Shown here one piece after another: positions 27,530 through 28,196 of a stretch of 28,196 nucleotides of DNA (within the stretch, counting starts at the first letter, position 1; each line of letters opens with the position of its first letter). Below the pieces are notes generated by a model. The model searched no databases and was not told the origin of the DNA. It saw only the letters and a program-made list of their open reading frames with translations. The DNA is from Pseudomonadota bacterium (GTDB lineage: Bacteria > Bdellovibrionota_B > Oligoflexia > Oligoflexales > CAIMVM01), in the NCBI GenBank assembly GCA_037142195.1, contig JBAXBA010000044.1:1-28196 (forward strand), in the 5' to 3' direction. The position numbers and the translations under genes are program-made.

Positions 27530-28141
27530 GTATGGGCTGGAGGTTCCTATGGGTAGGTTGCCTAAGTTTTGCTTCTTAGACAACAGCGGTTAGTCCTGAC
27601 CAGGGGCGAGAAAAAGTGCCTACCTCTCAACACAACAGACAGACTTATCATGGGTATTTGCACTTTGGTGATGACGCCAAAGCGAAGTGGGAAGTCACCG
27701 ATAGCATTAGCTGAATCGACTCTACTGAATTTCCATCGGGCTCTTGTAGACAGAAAATATTCGCGCCTTTTTTCAAAGTAAACTAGATTAACACCAGTTC
27801 CCAAGGGACCTTGCAAAAAGCTGATAAAACTAATTGTAGAAACTAAGGAGAGAAATCCTTCATACGGCTGTCCTAGAATTGCCTTACTTGTGCGGAACTT
27901 CTGGGCGAGCCAATCGACGGCCGGACAGTAAGAAGGATTCTTTCTAAGTATTACCCTCCCATTCCAAGTAAGGGACCTTCTTGGCTTTTGCCTATTGGAA
28001 ATAGCCCTAATAAGCTGTGGTCGATGGATCTTTTTCGCTTGGACTCCGTATTTTTGCGTTCATTTTGGGTGATGATGGTAATGGATCAATTTACAAGAAA
28101 AATGGTTGATTTTCAGTTCTTCGAGGCCCCCTAAGTGGCAG
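27530..28141 (+). pseudogene. Decayed integrase-core (rve, IS3/IS481-like) transposase, interrupted by a group II intron
   Basis: Fragments in shifting frames: LLLRQQ..LTR..DRLIMG..STLLNFHRALVDRKYSRLFS, ERNPSYGCPRIA, TVRRIL..GPSWL..LWSMDLFR..FWVMMVMDQFTRK. Multiple stops and frameshifts. Confidence 0.8.
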
Positions 28142-28196
28142 ATCGGGTAGGAGGGGCGTAAGCCCCGACCTCCCACAGAACCGTACGTACGGATCA
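28142..28196 (-). mobile_element. Group II intron 3' end (3' half of domain V and domain VI)
   Basis: Minus strand CCGTACGTACGGTTC-TGT-GGGAGG-TC-GGGGC-TTAC-GCCCC-TCCT-A-CCC-GAT: domain V 3' arm, domain VI stem with bulged A (28148) and terminal AY. Confidence 0.88.

Noticed and set aside
1..28196. The window as a circular element closed through one intron
   Set aside because: It carries housekeeping genes (icd, surE, trx) and no replication or integration genes, and the two exon flanks do not obviously join into one gene. A repeat-induced contig break is simpler.

Overview
28.2-kb bacterial segment, probably from a Bdellovibrionota/Oligoflexia-like organism (inferred from gene content only). 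Both ends break inside minus-strand group II introns. On the left (1-426) is a 5' end whose EBS1/EBS2 match the flanking exon. On the right (28142-28196) is a domain V/VI 3' end inserted antisense into a decayed integrase-core transposase. The left ~16.7 kb looks like core genome: an orphan coiled-coil gene, surE, a contiguous Agl-Glt gliding-type operon (ExbB/TolQ-like, two ExbD-like, OM beta-barrel, GltC-, GltD-, GltE- and GltG-like), a REC/HATPase-like gene, icd and a thioredoxin. The right ~11.5 kb is accessory. It holds a broken secreted Hint-domain gene, an OmpR-family two-component system, a phosphoesterase lipoprotein, an unusual SecDF, a PepSY protein, a secreted helical protein, a CX5R phosphatase lipoprotein and a COG4705/DUF347 membrane protein. 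The SecDF lacks the P1 head and carries an extra C-terminal domain paralogous to the secreted helical protein. All four transcription units of this module share a GTTCAY-N5-GTTCAY 11-bp-period box placed just upstream of a -10-like hexamer, which suggests a self-contained regulon. This module is the best candidate for an undescribed system.
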